A stretch of DNA of 64,000 nucleotides from Pristiophorus japonicus (taxonomy: Eukaryota): assembly GCF_044704955.1 (NCBI RefSeq), contig NC_091999.1, positions 28,272,001-28,336,000 on the forward strand. The letters run 5' to 3'. Position 1 is the stretch's first letter. Every line of letters starts with the position of its first letter. Below, piece after piece: positions 11,788 through 24,184 of this stretch. The position numbers were made by a program, and so were the translations under genes. The notes under the pieces are model-generated. The model had not been told where the DNA came from, did no database searches, and was given only the letters and a program-made list of their open reading frames with translations.

Positions 11788-14700
11788 ATGTTGCACTATG
11801 CCATAGCTAGCCGCAACATCAACAGCGGCAGAGAGGCTCGACGCAGATTTAACAATTTTACGCTCCTTCGGGAGGAGAAATATGCGGTGTGCTTCCTGCA
11901 AGAAACCCACACCGTTCCGGGAGACGAAGCCACGTGGCTCCTGGAATGGCAAGGAGAGGTCCGCATGAACCACCTCACCGCCACTTCTAGTGGGGTGGCC
12001 ATCTTGCTGGCCTAGCATTTTCAGCCGGAGATCTTGGGGGTCGAGGAGCCCGTGCCAGGCCGCTTGCTACACGTCACGGTTCGCCTGGGGGACGTGCCGC
12101 TCCATTTCGTGAATTTGTACGCCCCTCAGCCCGGCCCGCAGCAAACGCGCTTCTTCGAAGAGGTGTCCGCTCTTCTTGGCTCCATCGACGTCGGCGACTG
12201 CATTGTCCTCGGGGGGGATTTTAACTGCACCATCGAGGTGAGGGACCGCTCCGGTGCCCTGCAGAGCATGACGGCGATCGAGAAGTTGAGGGACCTGTTC
12301 GGGTCCTTCGACTTGGTGGACGTCTGGCGAAATCTCCATCCCGACTCCAGCGCCTTTACTTGGGTGACGCCTGGAGTAGGATGGTCTAGAGTCGACCGCC
12401 TTTACGTGTCTCGGGCGTACGTTTCCTGCGTCCCGGCGGCCTCCATGCGGCCGGTGCCTTGTTCGGACCACCACCTGGTGTGGACGGAGCTCGCTTCGCT
12501 CCGCGCGAGGACAGGGTCCGCGTACTGGCATTTTAAAAACCGGCTGCTGGAGGACGTGCGGTTCCAGGACTCATTCCGTCGTTTCTGGGCCGACTGGAGA
12601 AGGAAGCAGGGGGGCTTCCCCTCCTTGAGGCTATGGTGGGATGTGGGCAAGGCTCACGTTCGCGTCTTCTGTCAAGAGTACGCGAGGGGGTCGACCAAGA
12701 GGCGGGTGGCCAGGGCCGGGCGCCTAGAAAAAGAGGTGCTCGACCTAGAGTCCCATCTCGGTCAAGTCGTTGGTTCCCCGGCCCTGCGGACGGTGTACGA
12801 AGCGAAGAAGGCCGCGCTGAAGGACCTGCAGCTCGTCGGGTCCCGAGGCGCGTTCGTGAGGTCGCGGATCCGGTTCCTGCGGGATCTTGACCACGGCTCC
12901 CCCTTCTTCTACTCGCTGGAAAAAAGACAGAGTGTCCGTAAGCAGCTCTTGACGCTGCTGGCCGACGACGGCACTCTCGTCTCTCCGGAGCAGTCCAGCG
13001 AGGAAGCGCGTATAGTTTTGTGGGAGGACCTGCCGAAGGTCAGCCCGGAGGGCGCCGAAAATCTGAAAGCTCCACTAAGCCTGGCGGAGCTGACCGGCGC
13101 CCTCGACCGGCTCTCGAGGGGAAAAGCCCCGGGGCTGGACGGGCTGACCGAGGAGTTCCACAGGGCGTTCTGGGACGTCCTGGGGGGCGACTACGCGCGG
13201 GTCCTGGGGGAAAGTCTGGTGACTGGGGAGATGCCCCTCTCTTGGCGCAGGGCAGTCATCGTCCTGCTGCCTAAGAAGGGCGATCTCCGCCTCCTTAAAA
13301 ACTGGCGCCCGGTCTCCCTCCTCAGCACAGACTACAAAATCTTTGCCAGGATGATGTCTGCTCGCCTTGGCGCCATGCTGGACCACGTGATCCACCCCAA
13401 CCAGTCCTACACGGTCCCGGGCTGGAAAATCCACGATAACATCCATCTGGTCCGGGACCTCATTCATCATTCCCAGGAGGCTGGTCTGTCGGTCGCCTTC
13501 CTATCCCTCGACCAAGAGAAGACGTTCGACAGGGTGGATCACGACTATCTGCTCGGAACTCTGTGCGCTTTCGGGTTCGGAATGCATTTCGTCGCCCGGA
13601 TCCGCCTTTTGTACGCTGCCGCGGAGTGTCTGATTAATGTTAACGGGTCCTTGACGGCGCCCCTTCGCTTTGGGAGAGGGGTGCGCCAGGGATGCCCCAT
13701 TGTCCGGCCAGTTATATGCCGTCTGCGTGGAGCCTTTCCTGCGCCTCCTGCGGATGAGGTTGACGCGATTGGCTCTGCAAGGGCCGGGCGTGGAGGTCGA
13801 CCTCTCGGCTTACGCCAATGATGTGCTCCTCGCAATAGAGGATCCCGCTGACCTGCGGAGGATGTATGAGTGCCAGGAGATTTACTCGGCTGCATCCTCC
13901 TCCAGAATCAACTGGGAGAAATGTTCCGGACTCCTGGTGGGTCAGTGGCGGGTGGACTCCCTGCCGGAGGAGCTCAGACCTTTTGCCTGGAGCACGACCC
14001 ATCTCCTCTATCTGGGAGTCTACCTTAGCCCCGACGAGGAAGCCTGGCCGGCGAACTGGCAGGAGCTGGAGGCTAAGGTCACCGCTCGCCGAGGGCGCTG
14101 GACAGGACTGCTCCGAGTGCTGTCCTACAGGGGTCGAGCGCTAGTCATAAACCAGCTGGTGGTCGCCATGTTGTGGTACCGGCTGGTCACTTTGACTCCT
14201 CCCCCTGCGTTTGTCGCCAAGATACAGAAGAAGCTGGTGGACTTCTTCTGGAACAACAGGAAGCACTGGGTCTCTGCCGCGGTCTTGAGTCTACCGCTTG
14301 GGGAGGGCGGTCAGTCATTGGTGTGCGTCAGCGCCCAGCTCGCGACTTTTCATCTTCAGATCCTGCAGAGATACCTTTACGTTGAGCCCCCTCCTAGGTG
14401 GCGTGCTCTGGCGATGTATTTCTTCCGCCAGCAGCACGGCCTCAACTACGACAAGCAGCTCCTGTTTGTGAGAGTGGGGGGCGTCAGGACAGCCCGCCGG
14501 GAGCTGCTTGTCTTTTACAAGGAACTCATCAGGGTCTGGAATAAAGTCTGCAGCAAGCGAAGCTCTCCACCAGCTGGAGTGGCGGCCGTCCTGCAGGAGC
14601 CGCTGCTCGGGAATCCGTACCTCCACGACCGAGGTTTTTTGTGGTGGTCGGATGAGAGGGCTGTGGCTGGTGAGGTGACCAGGGTCAGGGACCTGCTCGA

Positions 14701-15637
14701 TGGCGGAGGAGCGGGTTGGATGGCGCCAGACACGCTGGCGCGGCGCCTAAATTCCGCCAACGTCCGCCACGCGGCTGATGCCATCGAGTCGCTAAAAACA
14801 GCTCTGGGCCCCGACTCCATGAGGTGCATCGAGGAGGCTCAAGCACGCGGGGAGATCCCATCCGAACTGACCCCCGTCCGGACGGAATTCCTCATCGGCG
14901 CCAAACCCCGGAACCTCTCTCGGGGGCCGGCGCCTCACAACTTGAGCCGCCTCGGGGAAATCCCCTCCGTGCCTTTCAGTTCTGCGCGGAGGGGTTTCCT
15001 GTACGGGCTGCTCCTGCACACTCTCAACTTTGCCATCCTTGCCTGCCGTCTGGACACGCCATGGCGTACCATCTTGCCGTCCAGAGGAGGCGGGGGTCCC
15101 CGATGGAGGGCACTCTACGCAGGGGTCCTCCCACTATTAGCCGGGGACTTGGCCTGGAGGGTGATGCACGGAGCAGTGCCGTGCAATAAATTTTTAAGCC
15201 GGTTCACGGGCTCCCAGGCCGCCTGCAATTTCTGCGGTCTGGAAGAGTCCGTGTTCCATGTTTTTATTGAGTGCACGAGGTTGCAGCCCCTGTTTTGTTA
15301 TTTAAAGGGGCTGCTCCTGAAATTCTGGCTGCACTTCAGTCCCACACTCCTGATCTTCTGGCAACCTGTGCGGAGGGGAGCGGGTAGGTCCGAGGGCCTC
15401 CTCGTAGGACTGCTCCTGGGCACGGCCAAGGGGGCGGTCAGCCGGTCCAGGCAGCAGGCGGTCGAGGGGGTCGTTCAGCCAGACTGCCTGCCTCTCTTCC
15501 GCGCATACATCCGGTCAAGGGTGTCCCTGGAGATGGAGCACGCGGTGTCCACCGGTACGCTCGTGGCCTTCCACAAGAGGTGGGCACCGGAGGGACTGGA
15601 GTGCATCATCACGCCCGGCAACCAAATTTTAACTTGA
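11788..15637 (+). pseudogene. Tx1 ORF2: APE endonuclease, reverse transcriptase and C-terminal zinc motif, inactivated
   Basis: FLQETH, GGDFN, SRVDR, SDHH; KAPGLDG, WRPVSLLSTDYKI, LDQEKTFDRVDH, GVRQGCP, YAND (mutated YADD); CNFC..ESVFHVFIEC. Stop at 12013-12015, frameshift near 13700. Confidence 0.93.
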
Positions 15638-17043
15638 TTTCATGTTTTTAAGTTAATTTGTTTTAATTGCCGGTGCTTTTATTTGTCCCCCTCCCCTTTT
15701 ATAGGGGGCACTTGGAGAAAAAATATGTTTTTGTGCCAAAAATAAACCTTGTAACTGTTGGTGTTTCCCCCAGATCGGGGGGCACGGATTAATGTTTTTT
15801 GTTTGCTCCTTAAAGAGTTTCATTCACAAAGACCCCCAGGTCCCTCTGCATCGCAGCATGTTATAATATCTCCCCATTCAAATAATATTCACTTTTGCTG
15901 TTTTTTTTCCCTCAAGGTGGATGACTTCACACTTTCCGACATTGTATTCCATCTGCCAAATCTTAGCCCATTCTCTAACCTATCTAAATTTATTTGCAGC
16001 CTCTCTGTGTCCTCTGCACAACCCGTTTTCCCACTAATCTTTGTGTCATCTGCAAATTTTGTTACACTGTACTCTGTCCCCTCTTCCAGGTCATCTATAT
16101 ATATTGTAAACAGTTGTAGTCCCAGCCCCGATCCCTGTGGCACACCACTAACCACCGATTTCCAACCAAAAAAGGACCCATTTATCGCGACTCTCTGCTT
16201 TCTGTTAGCCAGCCAATTCTCTATCCATGCTAATACTTTTCCTCTGACTCCACGTGCCTTTATCTTCTGCAGTAACCTTTTGTGTGGCACCTAAACGAAT
16301 GCCTTTTGAAAATCTAAATACAGCACATCCATCGGTACACCTGTATCCACCATGCTCGTTATATCCTCAAAGAATTCCAGTAAATTAGTTAAACATGATT
16401 TCCCCTTCATGAATCCATGCTGCGTCTGCTTGATTGCACTATTCCAATCTAGATATCCCGCTCTTTCTTCCTTAATGATAGTTTCAAGCATTTTCCCCAC
16501 TACAGAGGTTAAACTAACCGGCCTATCGTTACCTGCATTTTGTCTGCCCTCTTTTTTAAACAGAGGTGTTACATTATCTGCTTTCCAATCCGCTGGTATC
16601 TCCCCAGAGTCCAGAGAGTTTTGGTGGATTTTAACGATTGCATCTGCTATAACTTCCGCCATCTCTTTATCCCTGCGATGCATTTCATCAGGACCGGGGG
16701 ACTTTTCTACCTTGAGTCCCATTAGCCTGTCCAGCACTACCCACCTAGTGATAGTGATTGTCTCAAGGTCCTCCCTTCCCACATTCCTTTGACCAGCAAT
16801 TTCTGGCATGGTTTTTGTGTCTTCCACTGTGAAGACCGAAGCAAAATAATTGTTTAAGCTCTCAGCAATTTCCACATTTCCCATTATTAAATCCCCCTTC
16901 TCATCTTCTAAGGGACCAACATTTACTTTAGTCACTCTATTCCGTTTTACATATCGATAAAAGCTTTTACTATCCGTTTTCATGTTTTGCGCAAGTTTAC
17001 CTTTGTAATCTATCTTTCCTTCCTTTATTGCTTTCTTAGTCAT

Positions 17044-17099
17044 TCTTGTCAATGAGAATGTCTCGATTGCATTTCAGTTCTTAAATAAAAAACAATAAA
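17044..17099 (+). pseudogene. IGHM: Displaced end of the IgM secretory tail (SCQ*) with poly(A) signals
   Basis: TCT TGT CAA TGA at 17044-17055 right after the CR1 boundary; AATAAA at 17084 and 17094. Confidence 0.8.
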
Positions 17100-17839
17100 T
17101 GGCTTTTCTTCCATCGTGAGTTAAACACACAGCCACTCAATTAATTATGTTTCCTATTTTGGCCAATGTGAGGGCTGTTTATCAGAAGTAGGGTGTTTGC
17201 GGATCTCGGTCCCAAGGCTTGTAGAGCCAGCGCTCCAAGCTCACATACAGCATGAGTTAGAAACTGGGTGGAGTTCTCTCATTACAGGATTCCTGAAGGT
17301 AACTTCAGCTGAGAGGGAGTAAAGGGTAATTTTAACTCACTGTACCTCTCACACGCACCAGCGAGAGGAGAAAGGAAAACGTGTAATTCATGTAACCCCC
17401 ACTGCCCCTCCCGCAGGGAGATGGGAAGTGAACCACTCTCTTTTTAATGCACTAAGTTGCCATCGTACATTCTAACCAATGATCTAAAAATTTTAAACTT
17501 GCCATATGAGTATTATATTCTGAAATAACTATTTATTCCACATAATATTTTTAAATAGGCTTGGGGGTGCAACAGTCCCTGTTAATTGTAAACTAACATG
17601 TTGAATTCTAATGAACCATGTCTAAACTGGTGACTGAATCCTCTCCGAGTTTCTCACAGCTGTGTCCCTGATGTTGCTGAAGGCCATCGGTTGAATTGTT
17701 GCATTCGGTCGGCTGATATCACATTGCTCCTCACACAGAACACATTTACACAGAGCGGAGGAGAATACATGTGAAAGTGAGTTTGTGTGTCTTCACATGT
17801 AAGTGTTTTGATGATTTTATATAAGTTTGTGTTTTTGTG

Positions 17840-18705
17840 TAAGTGCACAATTACACATGAACACACAAAGACTTACATATAAAGACATACTAACAACCTG
17901 AAACATAATATTATACATAACTAGAATATAATGAAAACCATCATTGTCAAATCCAGTTGTTGGTACTCTCTGAAACTTTGAACAAAACAATAATACACGT
18001 CAATCGAAACGTACACTAACACAACGGAAACTTATACACACTTACACAAGCATAGACACACATATCAATCCAGACACACACTTACACAAAACACACTTAC
18101 ACACATTTACACACATATCAACACATACATCAATCTACACACACATTTACACAAAGCACACACACACTTACACATACATAAACACACACATCAATCCACA
18201 CAAACACACTTACACAAAACACATTTATACACACTTACACACACATAAACACACACATCTACCCACACACACACTTGCAAAAACACACTTACACACATCA
18301 ATCCACACACAGACTTGCACAAAACACACACACACTCGTAAACAAATGCATCAAATTAAATACAGATTTACACAAAGCACACACACGCTTACATGCAAAC
18401 ACACTATTGCACTTATACACACACAGCAAAACACACACTTACACGAAACATACACACACAAACACTCACCAAACATGAACAACATTGAGACATAACCATA
18501 CACTTACAGGAAAACACATACCTCAACACACTTACACAAACATGGACATGCCTATAAATCCAAACATAAACTAACACAAAACACACACACACACACACTT
18601 ACATGTGAACACAATGTTACACGAAAACTCACACACACTTACACCTCAACATAAACAAATATTTCGACATAACCACACCTATACATTTACAAACATGAAC
18701 AAAGC
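17840..18705. repeat. CA-rich low-complexity/microsatellite tract
   Basis: ACACACTTACAC-type degenerate repeats. Confidence 0.9.
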
Positions 18706-18744
18706 ATAATTTTAAAATTGAGTCATTATTATTTTATCCATTTT

Positions 18745-21700
18745 TGTAACTGCTGATAAAGCTTCATTTAGAAATAGAAAGATCAAGGCCAAAATTATTA
18801 ATCAATAACATAAAGGTATACATTGCGTACCAATTCTTGTCATATTTTTGTAAAGCCAAGCTCAGTAATGAATTCTGAGTGACCATGGTCTGTATAATTG
18901 TTCTCAGAGAAGTGTTTCCTGCCACAGAGAGGGAGGTAGATAGAGATAACATAGAAAGTCAAAGGCAGTAAATAATATGATCTACTGTAAGGCTACAACA
19001 GCTGTAAATTTTCACAGCTTTTGAATGGGAGAAAAATGGTATAAAGTAACAGCTCTTCTACTCAGAAGGCAGTGCGAATCAAGCGAACAGGAGATAAGGA
19101 GTCGGCACCACGGTCAGCTCGAGAGGACGCTATCGAGAATTCGGCTGTGACTATAATTTGTTAAGTATTACTTTTTGTAACAGAATGTAATTTACTTGAT
19201 AAAACACTGTTTTTACTCACTATACCTGTATTAAAAGTATTTGGTATGATGTGAACAAGAGTCTCCCAGTTTGAATTAAGTATATACCCTGGAAATAGCT
19301 GAATTGCTATAGTTAGCAAAGCGGCAAAAAGCTGCTCATTGGTTAAAAACTACATCTGGCGACCACGAAGGAACAAAACAAAGAGATATTGAACAAAATT
19401 CAATATACTCAATAATCAAGTTAATTGGGAACTCTTATAATTTTTTCTGTCTATTTGAAAACAAGTTCTTGTGTGTCACCAGCAGATGCAAGGCAGATCA
19501 ACTCTTGTGTAAGGTTGATTTACTTCAACTGCTAGTGACTGTTATCTTCATTAAGGAAGCTTACTTAAAAATTATTAATTTTCAGATGCCGGAGGAGTGT
19601 CTCTTGGAAGAGTATCAGAAAAAGTTAGAAAAAAGATGTGACGAAACGCAAGTGCAGACACTGTTGGTAGATTGCCTAGGGAAGAATCCGAATGTATCCC
19701 TTAAGGATACATTCACTTTCATTGATGAACAGATTAAAGCTAAGAAATGGAAGCTGGATAAGGCGATGAGTCTAGTCACCTGTGCACTTCGTACTTCGCA
19801 GGACGTCAATCAAAGGTCAAGAAAGAATTAGAGGATAAAATATCAGAACTGGAAAAAAAAATTCGGCAAAGAATGAAGAATTGCAGAAAATAGATTCAGA
19901 CATTAAACAGAAAATTGTGAATTTGCAGAGTCAATTTGCCTCACCTACTGCAGTAATGCAACAGCAGCGTATCGATGCAATTCACGTAGAGGCTGCAATG
20001 TAAACAATTAGGAAATCTTGAGATTTAAAAAGAAGATCTAAGCAGAGAGAATAAACGTCTCACCAAACAATTAGAGGACTCATGGGGAACAATGATGGAG
20101 GCTTTGCATCGACCCCTTCAAGGGATAAATTATAAGGTTGCAAATAGGAGCTCAGAATTATGATGAAGTTCTTGAACTTATAATTGCTACGTAGGTAACA
20201 CTTGCTTATGTAGGTACAGCGCAAATGTATAACGCATTGAACTGAATCCGTAACCTCTGCAATACTTAAACAGCCGGTCAGCAGTTTTTTTACGTCCCTG
20301 AGGAAGAGATAAATAAGCAAGTACAGCCACTCTGACCGTCGGATAGACTGGGTTAGAGGGTAAAATGGAACAAAACAATGAGGAGAGATGGACTGTTGCA
20401 TTTACCACTCAGAGACCGTCGGATAAGAGTCGACAAATAAATGTAACTCCGCTGATATCAAGAGACCTATCGATGATTTTGCAGGAGGATAGCTCCTCTC
20501 CAAAACCTGTATAAGTTATGCTTGAAAACTCTTGTATTTCGGAGATTCCACGACTGAACCTTCCCTTGCAATTGCTGGTAATAAAAGCGAGTTGATCCTG
20601 GGATTTCGTGTGTTCACTTCCGTGGTCGTTATACAGTGGGAGAAAGGTGAGGTGTCGATGAACTATATCAGTTAGTCCACGTCGAAGAGGAGAAGCCTCC
20701 TTTTTAACCCCAACATTTGGCGTCATGAACCGGATGCAGACCTTCCGACCTGGATCACGTGACAGCTAAATGGTAGTGAGCATGTTTTTTTACCACATGC
20801 AGCTGTAGCATTGACGGGGAAGGAGCTAATTTGTATAAAGACTTTGAAGGGGTCAGCTGTAGGACAACTTATAACGAACCACAGATGGTTCAAAACCAAG
20901 GGTGCGATAGGTGTATGCCTGAAAAAGAAGGAATGCAACCGCATGGGGAGTGGACCCCAGCGATTGTTAGAGGAAATATAAGGCGTATGTCCTGAAGCAT
21001 GACGTGGTAATCACACAGTGAAGCTGGTATTGATCGTGTGCAGTGCAAACAAGAAGGAATACAACCTAAATCGTGGGGTGGGACCCCAGGATCCTAGGAA
21101 AACTGGCCAGTGGGATAAAATGCGAGCTGAGATGAATGGAAAATTAATAAAAGAAAAGAAAAATGTTGGATATCAAATTGAATTTACAAAGGACAGTTTG
21201 TTTTTAGCAAAAGATAGAAATTTGACCTTGTAAGCTGCAGAGAAACAAAGATGTTGAGCAAAATGGACTGGAGGAAGATCATCAAAATACAAAACCTAAT
21301 TTGAAGAAACGAGATTTAAATTGGCTGTGAAAAGGATATTGGTTGAAATATAAAAACTTATGAGTTAAACCCGACAACGCTTTGTGCCGAGGAAGAGAAA
21401 CAAAGATGTTTAACTATGGACTGGAGTAAGGTCATCAAAAAATGAGTAAGTTCAGATTCAAAAGGGGGAAAAGATCTAAGCTATGTGAACTCAGCACAGA
21501 AAGAAAAAACTGGGAATTACAGGATTCTTAAAAAGATGGACCGGCACCGAAGTTTAGATTTTGTGCCGAGAGAAAATAAAACACAAGATTTGCTCAGTGA
21601 ACGGGACCATAAAAAAACAAAATGCTGGAATGTATATAGCTTGCGTGGAAACTGGATTTCTGTAAACAAAATAGCTATTAAAATGTGTGGTCTCGCTTTA

Positions 21701-23410
21701 AATCAATGAAAAACTCGTTGGCACGTATTTGAATTGGGTGTGCAGAGAAATTGGAGTTTAATCTAAAATGCTGCCTTTCCCGCTGAGAAAGTTTTATTTT
21801 GACAACTTTACCAATAATTTCTGCTATTTTAACGGATTCCTAATTTCTTATCAAGTTTTGAAAGCACAAAGACTTGTGGTAATATTTTCAGATGGTTACT
21901 CGAAGTCACGTAATGACGCCAGACCTTCTTACAAATCTGTAGTGGAGTTAACCCTTTCCATTGAAAGATATTTTATACTGGACATTATTAGTTTGGATTT
22001 CTTAATAAAAGAAAAAAGACTCACCTGACAGACAGAAGAAATGTGCGGATATTCAGAATGAAAATAAAACGAAGAAAGCCTATGTAATAATACTCACCTG
22101 CTGCAGAGGACAGATAGATACTTAAACACATCAAATTCAAGAGTTAGAAGCTAAGATAAATAAGCTGGCAGAGAAAAAGACAGGACCAGATAGATAGTGC
22201 AGAGCACAGCCATAGCACCATCACCTACGGTAATAGAGATAATGTACCCCAAGGTGGGTAAGTGCAGTCCACAACTCCAACCTAACAGTCAATCAGACAG
22301 GAATAATTAGTTTGGAGTAGAGGTGGCCCCGGCACATGATAATGGCTATTTATCAGTGGCACTGATACGCACGACCACCATTCGCTCCAGCGGATGTAGA
22401 GCAGCCCACATTGCCATATAGGAGGTGCCCCTCAGCCCACAGGAGACAAATTCTATTGAATAAGTTACCACGCGCTAAAGCAAAATAGTAGAGATACAGA
22501 ACTCTGACAAAAGACTGGAGTAGAATACTGTGACTCAAAAGGCAGGGAAAAGGGTTGGGGAGTACGGGGAACGAAAGTGGATTGAATACAAAAACCACTC
22601 TGGAGCTGATGACCGCAACAGAAATGATGCAGCATTCTTGAAAATGTTTAAGGATGGACTAGGAAAGGCACATCAAAAGATAATTAAGTGAGTATTTAAG
22701 ACAGGAGATGATTATGATGAAACTATGATGAGGCTCTGAGGCTTGCGAGGGGAAAATGAGTAAATATCTATACAGACAGTCGATATGCTTTCGGAGTGGA
22801 GCATGATTATATGATAGCCTGGAGCAGACGGTGATACACGACCTCAGGAGGAGGACCGATTAAACATGAGGAGATTGGGAAACATCTAGTGGAAGCCTCC
22901 TTCCTACCCCAGGAGTGTGCGATAATAAAGATCAAAGCACACGTAAAAAATAATGATCAGTATGAACAGGGGAATGCATGGACAGATGAAGCAGCAAAGC
23001 GAGTGGTAGGTACACTGGCCGGGGAAGCCCAAGGCAGAGCATGTACAATTGGGCCTGAGGAAGTAAATATGCTTGAGGTACAGGGAGAGGCCACTCCGCA
23101 GGAACAGGAGGGGTGGAAGCAGAGAGGGCCAAACAAGGGACCGACGGGATATGGAGAAAAGATGGGAATGTGGTGGCCCCGGAATGCATCCAGGGGAGCC
23201 TATTAAATTTATCCCACGGGTATGTCCATACAGGTAGAACAAACATGATAAACTTGATGTCCAGATGCTGGTGGTGGAAGGGAATATCTAGAGTTATAGA
23301 GGACCTCTGCAGAAGGTGAGTGATATGCGCAAAATACAACCCAGGGGGGAAAGTAAAGGTCAAAATGGGACATCAGCCCCCACCGAAGGGATTCTGGAAA
23401 AATTTGCCCA
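18745..23410 (+). mobile_element. Decayed endogenous retrovirus, 5' part (LTR, PBS, coiled-coil ORF, gag, RNase H, integrase N-terminus)
   Basis: LTR ~18745-19354 (TGTA..TACA, start uncertain; TATAAA ~19040, ATTAAA ~19230); PBS TGGCGACCACGAAGG at 19357; AFLKMFKDGL ~22630; NIYTDSRYAFGV ~22765; AIIKIKAH..GNAWTDEAAK; HGYVHTG..WWWKGI..C..C. Confidence 0.82.
19357..19374 (+). promoter_or_regulatory. Retroviral primer binding site, tRNA-Arg
   Basis: TGGCGACCACGAAGGAAC, 2 nt after the LTR-terminal CA; complementary to the 3' end of tRNA-Arg (..CCTTCGTGGTCGCCA). Confidence 0.8.
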
Positions 23411-23857
23411 CAGGATCCAAAGCTGAGTTGGAATCTCCCAGAAAATGACTTGACTTTCTGTGAGCTCCAAAGAGCGCTGTTCGTTTTAGACAACAACTTC
23501 AGTCAAACATTGCTGTACAGACTGAAAAAGAATCCCTATTTATAGCTGTGTTACCCCGAGAAGTGAATTGAAAATCTGAAATTACAGTTATTTTACATCT
23601 CAGTAATAATAGAAACTACCTAAATGAAAGTTGCTCCCTTCACATGCATGCTGTGATTCTGTGGAATTAACTATTTCTGCTTTTACCAATAGTGCTTGGT
23701 TTTGGATAAAGTTATTTGATCTGAAAGCCACGTTGCTTTTAAAATATTATGCAACTGAAAGTGATGCAAAGAAAAGGTTCGGACAACTTGTTTATTCAGT
23801 GACTGTGATTAATATCCTTCAGTGTGCAGTTTAATTGTCTCACTGGAGAGTTCCCTT

Positions 23858-24125
23858 GTCAGTAAGGGTACATGGGGACTGATAATACAGTGGTCAGTAA
23901 GGCTACATAAGAACTGATAATACAATCGTCAGTAAGGGTACATGGTGACTGTTAATATAATTGTGAGTAAGGATACATGGGTACAGATAATACATAGGTC
24001 AGTAAGGATACATGGGGACAGATAATACAGTGGTCAGTAAGGGGACATAGGGCAGATAATATATTGGTCAGTAAGGATACGTGTGTGCTATTTTTACAAT
24101 GGTCAGTCCGGATTCATGGCGACCG
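23858..24125 (+). repeat. 35-bp minisatellite (~7.5 copies)
   Basis: Unit GTCAGTAAGGGTACATGGGGACTGATAATACAGTG. Confidence 0.85.
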
Positions 24126-24184
24126 ATGCCATACAGTCACACGCCATCAAATTGTTTATTTTCCTCAGAGCAGGGAATGTAGAG

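Larger units (their letters stand above)
8834..15817 (+). mobile_element. Near full-length Tx1-clade (L1 group) non-LTR retrotransposon
   Basis: ~0.9 kb 5' UTR, ORF1, ORF2, 3' UTR without poly(A); flanked by TTTCATGCACAAGGACC (8817-8833) and TTTCATTCACAAAGACC (15818-15834). Confidence 0.93.
7919..17043 (-). mobile_element. 5'-truncated CR1 LINE (7919-8614 + 15818-17043) inserted in the IgM secretory tail and split by Tx1
   Basis: RT motifs KSPGPDE, RPVSLTSVVGK, QHGFMKGKSCLTNL, LDFQKAF, GVPQGS, KFADDTK, RPHLEYCVQFWSP; short-repeat 3' tail (ATAAGAAC-like on +) at 7919-7940. Confidence 0.93.

Noticed and set aside
8616-15817. ~200-bp direct repeats flanking the Tx1 could be LTRs
   Set aside because: The element encodes APE+RT with no integrase, PBS or TG..CA ends. 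The repeat is the 3' UTR of a second copy, separated by target sequence.
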